From Zootoca vivipara (taxonomy: Eukaryota): a stretch of DNA of 64,000 bases. This document shows positions 12,201 to 24,763 of this stretch, piece after piece (within the stretch, counting starts at the first letter, position 1; every line of letters starts with the position of its first letter). The notes beneath the pieces were generated by a model that was not told the origin of the DNA, made no database searches, and saw only the letters and a program-made list of their open reading frames with translations. The translations under genes were made by a program, and so were the position numbers. The stretch covers positions 80,228,001 through 80,292,000 of the forward strand of contig NC_083276.1 in NCBI RefSeq assembly GCF_963506605.1, written 5' to 3'.

Positions 12201-15200
12201 GGACAGCAGCATATACAGAGTTTACTGGAGAAACCTGAGGTTTGTCCATAATGGGGTTAGCCAGGCAGCCTTCAGTAAAACCAGTCTCTTCTTTGGCTCC
12301 AATTGTTTTCTTCTGCAGGAAATCTGTATGGGGGGGGGGGAGAGAGAGAGAGGTGAAGTGATAACATGAGGAAAAGGAGCACACTGAAAAAAGAAGGCAG
12401 AAGACTTCTGTAAATAGCAGTGGCGACATAACAGTACAAAAATTAGACAGCAAACTGTTGGCTGAGGAAGGCAGAGGGCATGGGTAAGATAAGTGGTAAA
12501 AAGTGAGAGCTGTATTTTACCCCTGATATTTAGCTCCAAGCATAAAAAGGTGTGCCAAACTAATAATTCCACACTCTGACCTGCAGAAACATATTTAGCA
12601 ATTCCATCTCTCCAGAGGAGAACTCACATCCCCTTTCCCTGCATTATATTGCACTTTCCGACTGCTACCAGCCAGACCACTGCACCACAAACATTCCCGC
12701 TCCTGTTCTTGTAGCATCTCTTTTTCCTTGCCCATGTGGCCACAACTATTCCTTTTCCATGCATAAAGCTTATGCATCACATCCATGCAATAAAACTTGT
12801 TGCCTAAAAACTGAGTGGAATCCCTGATACTGGAAGCAAGTGGAGGGTGGGTATTGGTCATTCACAGGTTCTACATGCCAATACTGTAATCACTGGGCTA
12901 ATGGAGGTGACTTAAGTGTTGTTTGTGACTGAAGGGGCAATTTCCCTATGTGTAATCTTGTGTGTTACCCATGTCAAAAGGGCTGTGCGCTGGTGCTGGC
13001 TGTGCTAGAAGATCTGATCCTATCTGAGGGAGCCCTACAGAATGTGGCTGCAGATGTGGCTGTGAATTACTTCCAGCCCACTACTCAGAAAGCCCTTGTA
13101 CATTATGTGTGGCAAAGTGGGTGGACTGGGTTCAGTAATGTTCCTGCTGTCACTGTATGTTTACTGCAGTTTTCTAAGGTCCAAGCATTAGAAAGAAATG
13201 CTAATGTAGCAATTTTGGCAGCCACTCCCCCCAGCAACACTGTTGATGGACTACACCGAAATGGCTAAGATGATTGGGATGATCAGACACCAAGATGATA
13301 AAAAGGGGGGGTTATAGAATATCTTAAAGACAACTGTAGATACTTTTAAAAGTTAGCAGGATTGTTATAACACTTACAAATGTAATATGATTTAAGGTAA
13401 AAAAAAAAGGAGATAAAATGGATTAGAAAAATGTAATTAGGTGCAAAAAAGGAGGGGAATCGGAAAGGGGAGGGGAGTCCGAGGGATCTAAGTAATTCCA
13501 GAAGCATAGAAATTGAAAATGAAGTGAATGTATAAGAATATTGTTTAAAAGTAGTGATGGGCACACTGTGGGATGGGAAGGGTAGGATCAATTATTGTCA
13601 TTATCATTACCAGGGCTTTTTTCAGCTGGAACTCACAGGAACTGAGTTCCAGCACCTCTCAGTTGGACACTGTTGCCATTCTAAGAGAACAAGGGAGGTT
13701 CTCGTGGTGAGTTCCAGCACCTCTTTCTAGAAAAATAGCACTGATTATTACCTACCAATCACTACAACATTTGCCAATGACATGCCCACACTACCCATGC
13801 ATGAAAGGCAAGCTGCATGTAGACTGATGCCTTTCATGCATGGGTACCGTGGGGGCATCAGTGGTGAATTTCAGTGATTGGTGGGTAGTTGCAGCGTTGC
13901 TGTGGGAGTGGCAGCCCTGCTGAATCACCTGAAGGCCCATCTAGTCCAGCATCTGTTTCTCACAGCAGCCAACCTGATATCTCTGGAAAGTTCACAAACA
14001 GAACACAAACGAAATAGCTTCCTCCTGCTGTTCCCTAGTGGCTGGTATTCAGAGACACACTTCCTTTGCTCCTGGAGGTAATAGCCTTCATGAATATAGC
14101 AACCACTGAGAGCCTTATCATCTATTGAGAGTCTTATCCTCCGCAGTTTATAATGACTCAATATATAATCTCAATATATAAAAATGAAAGGCACAAATAC
14201 AGGATGGGTGACACCTGGCTTGAGAGCAGTACATGTGAAAAGGATCTAGGAGTCTTGGTAGACCACAAACTTAACATGAGTCAGCAGTGTGATGCAGCAG
14301 CTAAAAAAGCCAATGCAATTCTGGGCTGCATCAATAGGAGTATAGCATCTAGATCAAGGGAAGTAATAGTACCACTGTATTCTGCTCTGGTCAGACCTCA
14401 CCTGGAGTACTGTGTCCAGTTCTGGGCACCACAGTTCAAGAAGGATACTGAGAAGCTGGAATGTGTCCAGAAGAGGGCAACCAAAATGGTCAAAGGCCTG
14501 GAAACGATGCCTTATGAGGAACGGCTTAGGGAGCTGGGTATGTTTAGCCTGGAGAAGAGAAGGTTAAGGGGTGATATGATAGCCATGTTCAAATATATGA
14601 AAGGATGTCATATGGAGGAGGGAGAAAGCTTGTTTTCTGCTGCTCCAGAGAAGCGGACACGGAGCAATGGATTCAAACTTCAAGAAAGAAGATTCCACCT
14701 AAACATTAGGAAGAACTTCCTGACAGTAAGAGCTGTTCGGCAGTGGAATTTGCTACCAAGGAGTGTGGTGGAGTCTCCTTCTTTGGAGGTCTTTAAGCAG
14801 AGGCTTGACAGGCATATGTCAAGAATGCTTTGATGGTGTTTCCTGCTTGGCAGGGGGTTGGACTGGATGGCCCTTGTGGTCTCTTCCAACTCTATGATTC
14901 TCTGATTCTAATCTCACAATACTCAGAAGAAAGTCCTTTTGAATTCAGTGGGGCTTACTCCCGGGTTAGTGGGGTTACAATTTCAGCCTTACTCTTTTCT
15001 CTAAAATGCACATACCTATATTATGAAGTAATCTAATGTAGCAAGTGATGATGACCACTATAGAAAATATGGTGATGCCTATATTTCACCCAATAACAGA
15101 GGCAGTATGGTGCTGAATACCAGTTACTGGGGATCACAAATGGGAGAGTGCTACTCATGTTAGTTCAGGCAATTGGGCAGGTTTGTGGGTTCGAGCCCCA

Positions 15201-18200
15201 TGTTGGGCAAAAGATTCCTGCATTGCAGGTGTTGGACTACATGATCCTCAGGATCTCTTCCAACTCTGCAGTTCTATGATTCTATGTTCTGGCTGTGAGC
15301 TTCCCATTGGCATCTAGTAGGCTGTGGTGGAATGGAAAGGGCTTTGGTCAGATTCAGCACAGCTGAAAAATGAAAATCTGCAACCGACTAGAAAGAAGGC
15401 CTCTGAACTGCAAAATTCCAAAGCAAAAATCTGAAGTGCACAGAAACATTCTTTCAGAGAGCTGCATCGATTTTTCACTGCCACCTTCAATGTGAATTTA
15501 TTTTCAGACATGAGAGTGATTTGTGCATTTATATCTTGCACATGAAATGTGACAAGCTGTCCCAAGAACTCCAAGTTACACTTCCATTATAAAATCTCTA
15601 ACCTCCACCCCCCAAGTTGCAGAAGATGACTTAAATGTCAACGTCCCCACAGGAACATTTTTAGGGGGAAAGGCAAAAAACAAAAATCCCAATTTACATT
15701 TTAATCTAAAAATTTCTAAATACTGTGGGTGGCAATATTGATATGTGCAGCCTTTAAAAAAAAAGAATTCAGCTGGGAGTTATTTGTGATTTGGATCTAG
15801 TCCAGACTACTGCTTTAACTTCCTAAATATGGATTTAAGAGAATTTTAAATTCAATGAACACGGAGGTGAGAATGACATATTGCAGCATTACATAAATAA
15901 TAAGAAAACCAGACAAGAATATATCTCAGGATGCTACCTTTGTGAAAGTGATACTATATTATATATGGTCTATTTTTAATAGTAAAGTAACCATTTAATG
16001 AACACTTAATTTTCTAGTACTGTAGATGGTGGCCAGCTTCCTTGAATCAAACTGAATCTGTTTCTCGTGTTCCCTTTTTGTTTAAAGACTGCCTATCTCC
16101 TGAAAACCACACTGTGCCTGGATACAAAATGAAACATCTAGACTGAACAAACACAAGTGGCTTCTTAACAGAACCATGGACTTCAAGTATCCTTAGAGCA
16201 AGGATGGAGAACCTGTGGCCCTCCAGTTGTTAGACTCCAACTCCCATCAGTCCCAGACAGAATAGCCAAAAGTCAGACTGATGTGAATTGTAGTCTGATG
16301 GCATCTGGAGGGCCCCAGGTAAGTGTATTGTTTACTTAGATGATAAATGTGTGCTTAGCCATGGGCATAACTTACCAGTCATTACATCCCTGAAAAATGT
16401 CTCCTAAGAAACACAAGAAGCATTTATTACTTTGAAAAGTGATGTCTAGCTGCCTAAATACCCCTTTCTAAACCAATGATGGGGAACCTTTGGCCCTCCA
16501 AATGACAGCTCCCATAATCCCTGACCACGATATTGGCAGGTTGATTGTTACGAATAAGCAGACAGCTCCCTTTCTTATGAGTGGAATATCAATATTGTGC
16601 ATGAGGATGGAGCTCAGTCAGCTATGAAGAACAATTACCTGGTTGTCCTGGAATGTTGTAGCGGTACTTTGAGTTGTACTCTGTGGACATGTAGTGAGGT
16701 CCCTGCAAATACGCAAACAGCAGTGGAGAGTAAGACCAAATGCTCCAGATGGAGTCTCCTACTTGCCCTACCAGTAGGGTTTCCAATGCACTGTTCCACA
16801 TCCATCCTACTTCTCTGTTTAAGGGCAGACCAATTATTCCTGGGGTTATAGTTCTCAGCTTTCCGAAGTTATCTTGCTCTCTCCCGTGACTTTATAATTT
16901 ATCCTTTACTGATCCTTATGCCTGGAACTCCCACCTCTCTCATTTCCTGCAAACCCTTCCTCAAAGCCCATGTTTTCTGTGAAGCATTTGGCAAAACCCC
17001 CTGCTCCCCATACACTACTGTAACTAAAACTAAGCAGGCACAATTGGAATAATCTCATATTCTTCCCATGTTTTCCTGTAGCGCCATTTTCCTCCACGTG
17101 GTCTATTCTGCCCCCATATGTCAATTTCTACATTTTAAGCAGTGATGTAGGAAAACGGGGGGGGGGGGTGTACCATAGCTGCCAAGTTTTCCCTTTTCTC
17201 GCGAGGAAGCCTATTCAGCATAAGGGGAAATCCCTTTAAAAAAGGGATAACTTGGCAGCTATGGGGTGTACAAAACTTCACAGCCTCTTTCAGCCAAGGA
17301 AGTACCAGGGTAATTGACAATTACTTGCTCTGACAAGTAAACAAGGTGATAACAAGGCTTTCAAGCTTTACTACCATTTGTGACAGATTAGCATTGGAGA
17401 AGTCGGAGGATAAGTAAAATAATCAAGGAGAGACTTTTCTTTGGTGCGGTTCCTATGCTGCCCTAGCAGTTTGAATAGCAAGTGTGGTTTTTGTGGGGCT
17501 TTTTGTTTTTGTTTTGCATTTCTAATTAAAAGCTAAAGGTTGCATTTACAAGTTGACCGGGGCTAGTGCCCCACCCATCCTGCCACTGCCACTAGTGTAG
17601 CGGTGATGGCAGCGACAGCAGCAGCGACAAGATCTTGTGCAATCTCACAAAAATCAATTTCATGCAGTCTGCAATATCTCGCAAGAGCGCCACAAAATCT
17701 CATCGGAATCCACCACCATCTCTGGTGCTTTGTGGGCACCACTGCACAACCTAGGAAGGAAGGCTTTGAGAGGGGAGGTTTCAGTGACAGGGTGGCACCT
17801 TCCTGTTTCCCTTTGGGTAGCAAAACACCCCTAAATTCAACCTATGCACCCAGCATAAAAATTACTGAGTTCAATGGAGCTTACTCCAGGTAACTGTGTG
17901 TCGGATTGAAGTCATGCTATATGGCTGGTCTGGGATGTGAACCCAGGTTTCACCAGCCAAATTAAAACATGTTAACCAATATGCCAGGTATCTTCAACCT
18001 TTTCAGTACCCAGGACCCACTTATAATCCAAACTTGGATTTGGGGACCCATTTCTTAAATCTCTAACATATGTTTGCATGGTAGTAGTGCTCCTGTTATG
18101 ACCCACTTCTGATCAGGCCATGACCCATGAATGGTACCCGACCCACCAGGTGTGCTATACCATCCCTTGTCAATTTACTATTCTAGGACTGCATTTTATT

Positions 18201-21200
18201 CTGTCGCACTCCCCCCCCCCCTCCTATACATATCACCTTAGGATGACACCACACTTGTTCATAGCTCAATGATTGAAATGTTGAGTGATGACTTGTAGGT
18301 GTGAAACAACCTTCACAGATCAAAGACTGCAGACGGGGAGCTTTCCTATTAGCTCACATCACCACAGACAATACTTTTCTATGGAGGCAATTCACACCTT
18401 CTGGTGCAAGTCATCAAGCAAGGAGACAGGCATATGTGAGTCAAGCTTTAGATCAGGAGTGAAAATGGGGACTATGGGCTTTTGCAGTAACCCAGGAAAT
18501 TCAAGCTTTTCCTGCCAATACTTTCACTGTATGCTAAAATATTGGTTTTCAACAGGTTTGCTGTGAGCAGCAGTGCAACCACAATTTAAAAAATATTTCC
18601 CCCTATTGCGGATTATGAGGACACGAGCAGGGAAAGTCATGTATAAAATGGAAATTCCCATTTTTATTTTACTGCATCTGGTGGTTTCCACACTGGCCAA
18701 TCAGATGCCTATGAGAAGCCCAACACCAGGACCTCAGTGCAACAGCACTCTCTCTATTTGTGATTCCCAGCAACTGGTATTGAGATACCTCTGATAACTG
18801 AGGTAGTAACATAGCCATCAGGACTGGTAGCAGCCATTGACAGCCTTATTCTCCATGGTTTTTTCTAATCTCCTTTTGAGGCTGTCCAATTTGGCAGTTG
18901 TCACTACATCCATCTTATACAGCAGGAGCAAGTTCAATAGCTTACGCACTGTGTGAAGAAGCCAGACCTTCTGCTTCATTAGCTGGCCCTGAGTTCTAAC
19001 GAAAACTCCCCTTTATACTACTTCTGTGATCAGGTACTGCCTAAGCTACAGTCAAATGAGGAAGGGTCCATTGAACTAGCCGCTGACTCACATGTCTGGC
19101 ATGTTCCACATCGACAGAACCTCTTCCATACAACTTGTGCAGGTCAGGGGTATGTTTAGGCTCCAACCCTGTTATAGCTTGGGCTCCCTGGTCCGCTGTG
19201 TCAAAATGGACTTTCTTGACCTGCAAAATGAAGCCCAGCTTGCAACTTGGAAAGTTAAGGAATACCACAAATACCAGAACCGAAGTGATGCTGTTCAGGG
19301 CTACTGTTGAGAAGGGAGGGGAAAGAACAGTCAAAAGAGAGCAGGAAAATGCATATATAACATCTTGTATCTGTCCCCTTCTCAGAAGTAGTAGGGAGTC
19401 ATTTTCTTCATGGCTGAGCCCTTGATCACAGCTCTAATTAAAACATTAGGAATCCAGTGAGGTCAATCAATGAAGCCACAAGGCTTCATGCTCCCATATC
19501 TCATTCATTTCTTCTTTTTCCTATACACTCCAAACAAAATAATGAGAATTTCAGCTTATGTGTTTCCAACAGAATAAAGGTTTTAATCTTTCCTGTGGCA
19601 GTGAATGCTTTGAAAAACATTACAGTGTTTTCCCCCCCTAAAAGCCCACAATATAGAAGGCAAATCAAAAGAGAGACACTTTGCTTTTAGTATTCACACA
19701 ACTGTAAAGCAATTCTGAAATTGTAGCGGAACCGGGTTTGGCAAATACTAGGGCTCAGTCCTACTGCGCACTTCCCAAGTCTCAATCCCTCATATAGCTA
19801 AACTCTTCTCAACACAGTGTCTGGGTTTAAAAGGAAGCAATCCTTGTTCGAATGCCTCTTTTCTACCGCAACATGTTCCACTTGGTATATAATCCAGGTC
19901 ACAATCATATTGGCATGCACACACACACACATACCGTATATCAGCAGCAGCTCTCCTTAGCTCCATCCTGCTGTTAATCAAAACAATTCATTAATGAGTC
20001 CCAGTCCTTTAGGTGCAGAACTGCCAACTGGACATTATTTTACTGATATGTCTAGTAAAAGCATATTCTGGTAGGTAAACCTGAAAACCCCACTAATCTG
20101 TCTCAACAAAACCCCAGGCTATCGAGCTTCACCCATGATTACTAGTCTATGTAGCAAGCCTCATATGTGACTCAGGAATGTCCACCCTGACTCTCAAAGG
20201 CTATGAATGGATCACTAATGCTAATGTACATTATGCACTCCTGCCCCATAAACATCCATATTCCAAACCTTAACTTACTTACCGGTACGTGGTGCTTTTA
20301 TCTATAAATGTATCACATTACAGCACAACTTTATGGGCATTTACTCAGAAGCAAGTTCTACTGTGTTGAATGGGGCTAGTAAGCATATTAAAACGGAACA
20401 GAGTGTGACTTAATTCTGAACACCAGCATTTATGGGATTGCACTGCAGCTACTAACTTCTTTCTGGCTCCTTGTACCATCAAAATGTGACTCCTCTTCAC
20501 ATCTTGTATTTCTGAAGCTCTCTTCATTTTGAATCCTCATATACACTTGCCAGATCACATCAGTTTACGCATCCTGGCTTTTGTGTTTTGCCCTGCATCA
20601 CAGTAGATTCTATTAGATCTCAAGGATATATATATAGAGAAGCCTAGGAATGGGATGACTCCTAAATGCTCAGAATTTAGTCTTGCAAAACATCCTCCCT
20701 CTACACATGCACTGCCACAGTTTTGTGCTAGATACATCGGATTGAAATTTACAACACAGGTGATTCATGTTATGGTAACTATCAGGCACATGGCCCCTTT
20801 AAGAGAAAAAGCAATGACCCAGGATGCAGGTTCTTGGAGAGCTGACTCAGAAGGATGGAGAAGCTGCTTGGATCAAGGCCTTGCCACTTGCTAGGTGGAT
20901 GTCGGACTTTGAGCTGCGTCATTGCTAAAGCTCCAAGCTGCAGCCTTCCTGAACTGAAGAAATAGCCCAAGCCATTATTAATGGCACTGGGTGATGGTTT
21001 TGGCACATTACAATCATGTTCAATAGCACAACAATCCACAGCACAGAGGCAAATCCTAGGTTTGGGATACTTACCTCTTTAGTGGTGGGGAAAGAAAGGG
21101 GTTTTTCTCGGACATACCCACTCCCTGGCTGGTACACACTCCAGGGAAGAGGATATTTCCCATCTGGGAGCTCAAGAGGCTGGAAGTGCTTGGTTGTTGT

Positions 21201-24200
21201 CGACTCATAGTTGTCCTGAAGGAGCTTCCTGGTTTTGGAGAAAAGAATAAGCATGAGAGACATACACAGCATCTGAACTTGAGACAGTGGATTTTAACCA
21301 GGTTATGTTTAGCAGCCATAGGCAACCTTGGCTCTCCAGATGTTTTGGAACTACAACTCCCATGATCCCTAGCTAACAGAGCCAGTGGTCAGGGATCATG
21401 GGAGTTGTAGTTCCAAAACATCTGGAAAGCCAAGGTTGCCTATGCCTGATGTTTAGGCATGTTAGAATTGTGCTCTAAAGACAGCCATGCTTTCTATCTC
21501 CTAAAGTAAGGCGTTAGTCCAGGCAACCCAAAAGATCACTGTCTTTGGCCCTTCCAGTCATCTACACTGCATTCATTATGGGTACCACGGTGAAGTGCCA
21601 AATGCAATTGCCTTGCCATGGACTTTGTTATTGTGCTTTGAGGGAGTACAAGTAAAGCAAATGCAAGAATGTCACTGACTCAGAGGTGGCATGAGCATTA
21701 TGAGGATGTGATTATGTTTCACAGCTTTCCCCAATCTGGTACCCCCAAAATGCTTTGGGCTGCAGCTCTCACCTGCCAGAGCCAGCACAGCCAATCATCA
21801 AGGGTGGTAAGAGCTGGAGCCCCAAACGTCTGGAGGGCAGCGGGTTGGGTGGTATGCAAACCACAAGACAGTTTCCCTGTTCTGAACCATCCCAGTTAAT
21901 TTCCACAAAGGACTGTTTACGACCAATACCTACCCCACAGTTGGATTATCTATTTTGTCTAGGCTTGGCTTGTAGTGAACAACGGGACGGTAATTGGTTT
22001 TATATCCTGCTCCAGAGTGGATGCCAGTCCGAGGACGAAACCCTGCTTGACCTGGCAAAGGAAAGGGAGGCAATGGCAGATTTGTATTGCCTATTTATAT
22101 ATTCACTTACTGCGTTTATAAAGCACTGTTTTCCCACTGCACACTCAATACAGTTTACAATATAAAATAATAACTATCTAATTGTCGATTCAGGTAGGTA
22201 GCCGTGTTGGTCTGACACAGTTGAAATAAAAATTTTAAAAAATAAAATTGTCCAGTAGCACCTTATAGACCAACTAAGTTTGTTCTGGTATAAGTTTTTG
22301 TGTGCATGCACCAGAACAAACTTAGTTGGTCTATAAGGTGCTACTGGACAATTTTTTATTTTTTTATTTTATCTAATTATCTTGACACAGAAGGAAAGAG
22401 AGATGGGGAAGAAAAAGGAAAACCAAGCAAATTTGAGTATACTAACTATTGCGTGATTGGAGTGAGGTGTTACATAATGTTCAGGTGGGATGATCACTAC
22501 AGCAGAGGAGTGGAGGAGCTACATGGCAGTTGACCCCAACCGAAACGAGAGAGATGCCGTGGGGCCTCCCTTTGGAGCAGCTGCAAATAGCAGCTGTTCC
22601 AGGAGGACAGGAGCCAAATGGTAGTTTTTCTCCGCTAAGCTGATAAAGGGGTCCTCACCTTTCCCCCTAATGCACCAGGTATGATGGCTCCAGATGGAAG
22701 CTACTCTGGTAGGGGAAAAGGCAAATGGAAATTGGTTCCAGCCATGCTGATGGAGGGGGCCTCACTGCCATTTCTCTCTCTGCAAAAGCCACTGCAAGAA
22801 TCAATTCTGGATGATGGAAGCTTCATGCTGGTTAGAAGGTGGGAAGGGGTGGGGCTTCTCCAAGAACATTCTTGTAATCTTTGGTGCTTTGGCCTATGAT
22901 AATATCTAAGCTTCAAATTGGGGCTGGGAAACTGGTGACTCTTCAGACATTGTTGGATGTTCATGATCCCTGAATATTGGCCATGCAAACTGGAGCTGAT
23001 AGGAGCCCAACAACATCAGGATGGCACAGGTAACTCAGCCCTGGCCGTTGTAAGGAGTTCTTACATGATATGTGTCTAACTCGAGGCATCCCTCTTACAT
23101 GTGTACCCAGCAAATGCATATCTACAGTGTTGTCAATTTGGCGCACGATGCTGATGTAGTGGGAAGCAGCAGCAATAGTGGAACATGGATGGGCCTGACT
23201 CAATTGATGCTTGTTTCACTGTTTCCAACTGAGTTAAAGTAGGAGATTACAGCACTGCAGATGCTGCCTATAACAGAAGGTAAGTAGCTTCGCAACCAGG
23301 CAGGGACGAAGCACTTTGAGATAAAGAACACAACCTCTGCATAGCTATGCCTGGGAGAAAAGTTTTATCTCAGGTGAATTGCACTCCAAACAATTATTGA
23401 GATACATGGGAGGCAGCAGCATAAGCAAACTGCCTAGAAACCCCCATTGAGCTCAGTGGCTCCCCAAGCAAACATGTTTAGAACTGAGTTGTTTGTTCTG
23501 GGTACATTCAGATGCAACACTCTAAAGGGCTTCTTGCTTGCACACAACCACAGTTAGTACCTTCCAATGCTTGCAGCAAACTTTTCACCCAAACAGACAA
23601 CCTATGGTTTGTGCTTGCTTGAAAACCAGGATCAGACAAGCCTTGGGTTTCAGTTCAGTGCACACTGTAGTTTTCTACTTAATTTCTTTTCTTAAGTAAA
23701 ATAAAAAAATTCCTTCAGTAGCACCTTAAAGACCAACTAAGTTTTTATTTTGGTATGAGCTTTCGTGTGCATGCACACTTCTTCAGATACGAAGAAGGTA
23801 TCTGAAGAAGGTATCTGAAGAAGTGTGCATGCACACGAAAGCTCATACCAAAATAAAAACTTAGTTGGTCTTTAAGGTGCTACTGAAGGAATTTTTTTAT
23901 TTTACTTCGATCCAGACCAACACGGCTACCTTTCTTTTCTTAAAAATCATTTTTATTTGATTTTACGAATGCAAATTAATTACAATGCCAAATACATATC
24001 CATAAAAAGATATTTCTCTGAATCTTGTGACTCCCCCCCCCATCCCCTCCATGGGTCCTAATGTCAAAAATCCCAACTGCATATTTATCTCTCTCCATAT
24101 TGTCCATAATTTTTGTAACATTACAAGTGGGGTTAAAATCCTGCTAATGTTTTCATCTGTTTACAGTGATCTCTAAATAAATTATAAACTTTCCCCATTC

Positions 24201-24763
24201 TTTCTTGGATTTCTTGTCTTCTTGGTCTCTGAGTTTCCCAGTTTTGCCATTTCAGCAGAATCTCAAAGCTTGGTTTGCCATTCTTCTCTGGTAGGGACTC
24301 TTCCTTCTTTCCATATCTGGGCTAGTAGCATCCGTGCTACTGTTGCCGCATACATGAAAAATCTTTTCTGTTCCTTTGGAATGTCGGTACCTATAATTCC
24401 TAATAAAAAGGCTTCTGGTTTTTTAACAAAAGTTTTCAATTTATTTTGCATGGGTTCCCAACAATCAAGGATCAAAAGTTACTAAATGTGGCACATGATG
24501 GGAGCTTGAATCTCATTCTTGCAACAGGAAGCCTGGGATTGGGATTATGCCTGAAGAGCCTACCATCCGTTTGTGTGGTTAACACTTTCCTTTGTTTGAT
24601 ACAACCAAACTAGCCACATATAAGATAAATCCCTTCCCTTATCGAAGACGTCCTTACCATAAGCTGTGCCATAGCTGGTACAGTAGAATTTCATGGGGTC
24701 CATACACCCACCAGAGCTAGTTTTTACATAGGGAGAAACAACCCCCAGGGGGAGACGACCCAT
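9181..24763 (-). CDS. SAXO4: SAXO4 / PPP1R32 (IIIG9), axonemal microtubule-associated protein; 12 coding exons, 427 aa
   Basis: Exons (-): 24658-24763, 21934-22051, 21075-21228, 19092-19220, 16639-16702, 12217-12323, 11072-11131, 10820-10900, 10079-10195, 9878-9972, 9394-9558, 9181-9268. All GT-AG and phase-consistent (1284 nt). Peptides [49 protein letters not shown] and [20 protein letters not shown] match recalled human PPP1R32. Confidence 0.93.
9394..9558 (-). CDS. SAXO4: SAXO4 coding exon 11 ([18 protein letters not shown]...IHPHVG)
   Basis: GT-AG bounded, homology. Confidence 0.92.
9878..9972 (-). CDS. SAXO4: SAXO4 coding exon 10 ([31 protein letters not shown])
   Basis: GT-AG bounded, homologous to human EPTGFSLNN. 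Confidence 0.9.
10079..10195 (-). CDS. SAXO4: SAXO4 coding exon 9 (TVPPDVEAP...[10 protein letters not shown])
   Basis: GT-AG bounded, homology. Confidence 0.88.
10820..10900 (-). CDS. SAXO4: SAXO4 coding exon 8 ([27 protein letters not shown])
   Basis: GT-AG bounded, homology. Confidence 0.9.
11072..11131 (-). CDS. SAXO4: SAXO4 coding exon 7 ([20 protein letters not shown])
   Basis: GT-AG bounded, homology. Confidence 0.88.
11780..12070 (-). mobile_element. Old CR1/L3-like LINE 3' fragment
   Basis: AAGAGCCCTGCTGGATCAGG...CATCCTGTTCTCACAGTGGCCAACCAG; similar decayed copies at about 13915-14120, 18690-18960 and 27930-28540. Confidence 0.5.
12217..12323 (-). CDS. SAXO4: SAXO4 coding exon 6 ([17 protein letters not shown]...VNS)
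   Basis: clear acceptor; donor TCT|GTATAT is weak but phase-consistent. Confidence 0.8.
13611..13743. mobile_element. hAT-type MITE
   Basis: TIRs CAGGGCTTTTTT/AAAATAGCACTG; 8-bp TSD ATCATTAC/ATTATTAC. Confidence 0.75.
14174..14908 (+). mobile_element. CR1 LINE, 5'-truncated (ORF2 C-terminus and 3' tail)
   Basis: [29 protein letters not shown]...[15 protein letters not shown]...LRGDMI typical of CR1 ORF2; tail CTATGATTCTCTGATTCT; possible TSD TAATCTCA. Confidence 0.93.
15170..15287 (+). mobile_element. Short tRNA-head SINE with CR1-like tail
   Basis: B-box-like GGTTCGAGCCC followed by TTCCAACTCT...TTCTATGATTCTATG. Confidence 0.6.
16639..16702 (-). CDS. SAXO4: SAXO4 coding exon 5 ([21 protein letters not shown])
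   Basis: GT-AG bounded, homologous to human GPRFMTSEYNSKY. Confidence 0.88.
17174..17263. mobile_element. 90-bp hAT MITE
   Basis: TIR CATAGCTGCCAAGTT/AACTTGGCAGCTATG; TSD GGGTGTAC on both sides. Confidence 0.88.
19092..19220 (-). CDS. SAXO4: SAXO4 coding exon 4 (VKKVHFDT...EHARH)
   Basis: GT-AG bounded, homology. Confidence 0.9.
21075..21228 (-). CDS. SAXO4: SAXO4 coding exon 3 (KLLQDNYES...[14 protein letters not shown]...PTTKE)
   Basis: GT-AG bounded, homology. Confidence 0.9.
21313..21448. mobile_element. hAT MITE
   Basis: TIR CAG.CATAGGCAACCTTGGC/GCCAAGGTTGCCTATGCCTG; TSD ATGTTTAG. Confidence 0.88.
21934..22051 (-). CDS. SAXO4: SAXO4 coding exon 2 ([39 protein letters not shown])
   Basis: GT-AG bounded, phase 1-2, homologous to human GTGYKSNFQPVV. 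Confidence 0.9.
22184..22369. mobile_element. Penelope-like element terminal fragment with internal inversion
   Basis: GTAGCCGTGTTGGTCTG...GTAGCACCTTATAGACCAACTAAG followed by an inverted copy; flanking direct repeat TATCTAATT; homologous to 23696-23930. Confidence 0.7.
23753..23790 (-). ncRNA. Minimal type I hammerhead ribozyme motif (inverted copy, sense to the SAXO4 pre-mRNA)
   Basis: exact reverse-complement copy with stem I GTAT/ATAC. Confidence 0.65.
23810..23849 (+). ncRNA. Minimal type I hammerhead ribozyme motif
   Basis: GGTAT-CTGAAGA-A-GTGTG/CATG/CACAC-GAAA-GC-TC-ATACC: stem I, CUGANGA core, stem II, GAAA, palindromic AGCU, UC cleavage site. Confidence 0.7.
23944..24450 (-). mobile_element. 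L1-like LINE 3' fragment
   Basis: [11 protein letters not shown]...[25 protein letters not shown] resembles the squamate L1 ORF2 C-terminus; A-rich tail near 23945-23965. Confidence 0.65.
24658..24763 (-). CDS. SAXO4: SAXO4 coding exon 1 ([36 protein letters not shown])
   Basis: ATG at 24763; acceptor with exon start at 24768; donor G|GTAAGG. Confidence 0.92.

Larger units (their letters stand above)
23696..23930. mobile_element. Penelope-like inverted pseudo-LTR fragment (97-bp inverted repeat)
   Basis: arms 23694-23790 and 23811-23907; flanking direct repeat TTTCTTTTCTTAA (23683-23695, 23931-23943). Confidence 0.75.

Noticed and set aside
14153-14833. 226-aa intact ORF as a host gene
   Set aside because: It is the ORF2 C-terminus of a 5'-truncated CR1.
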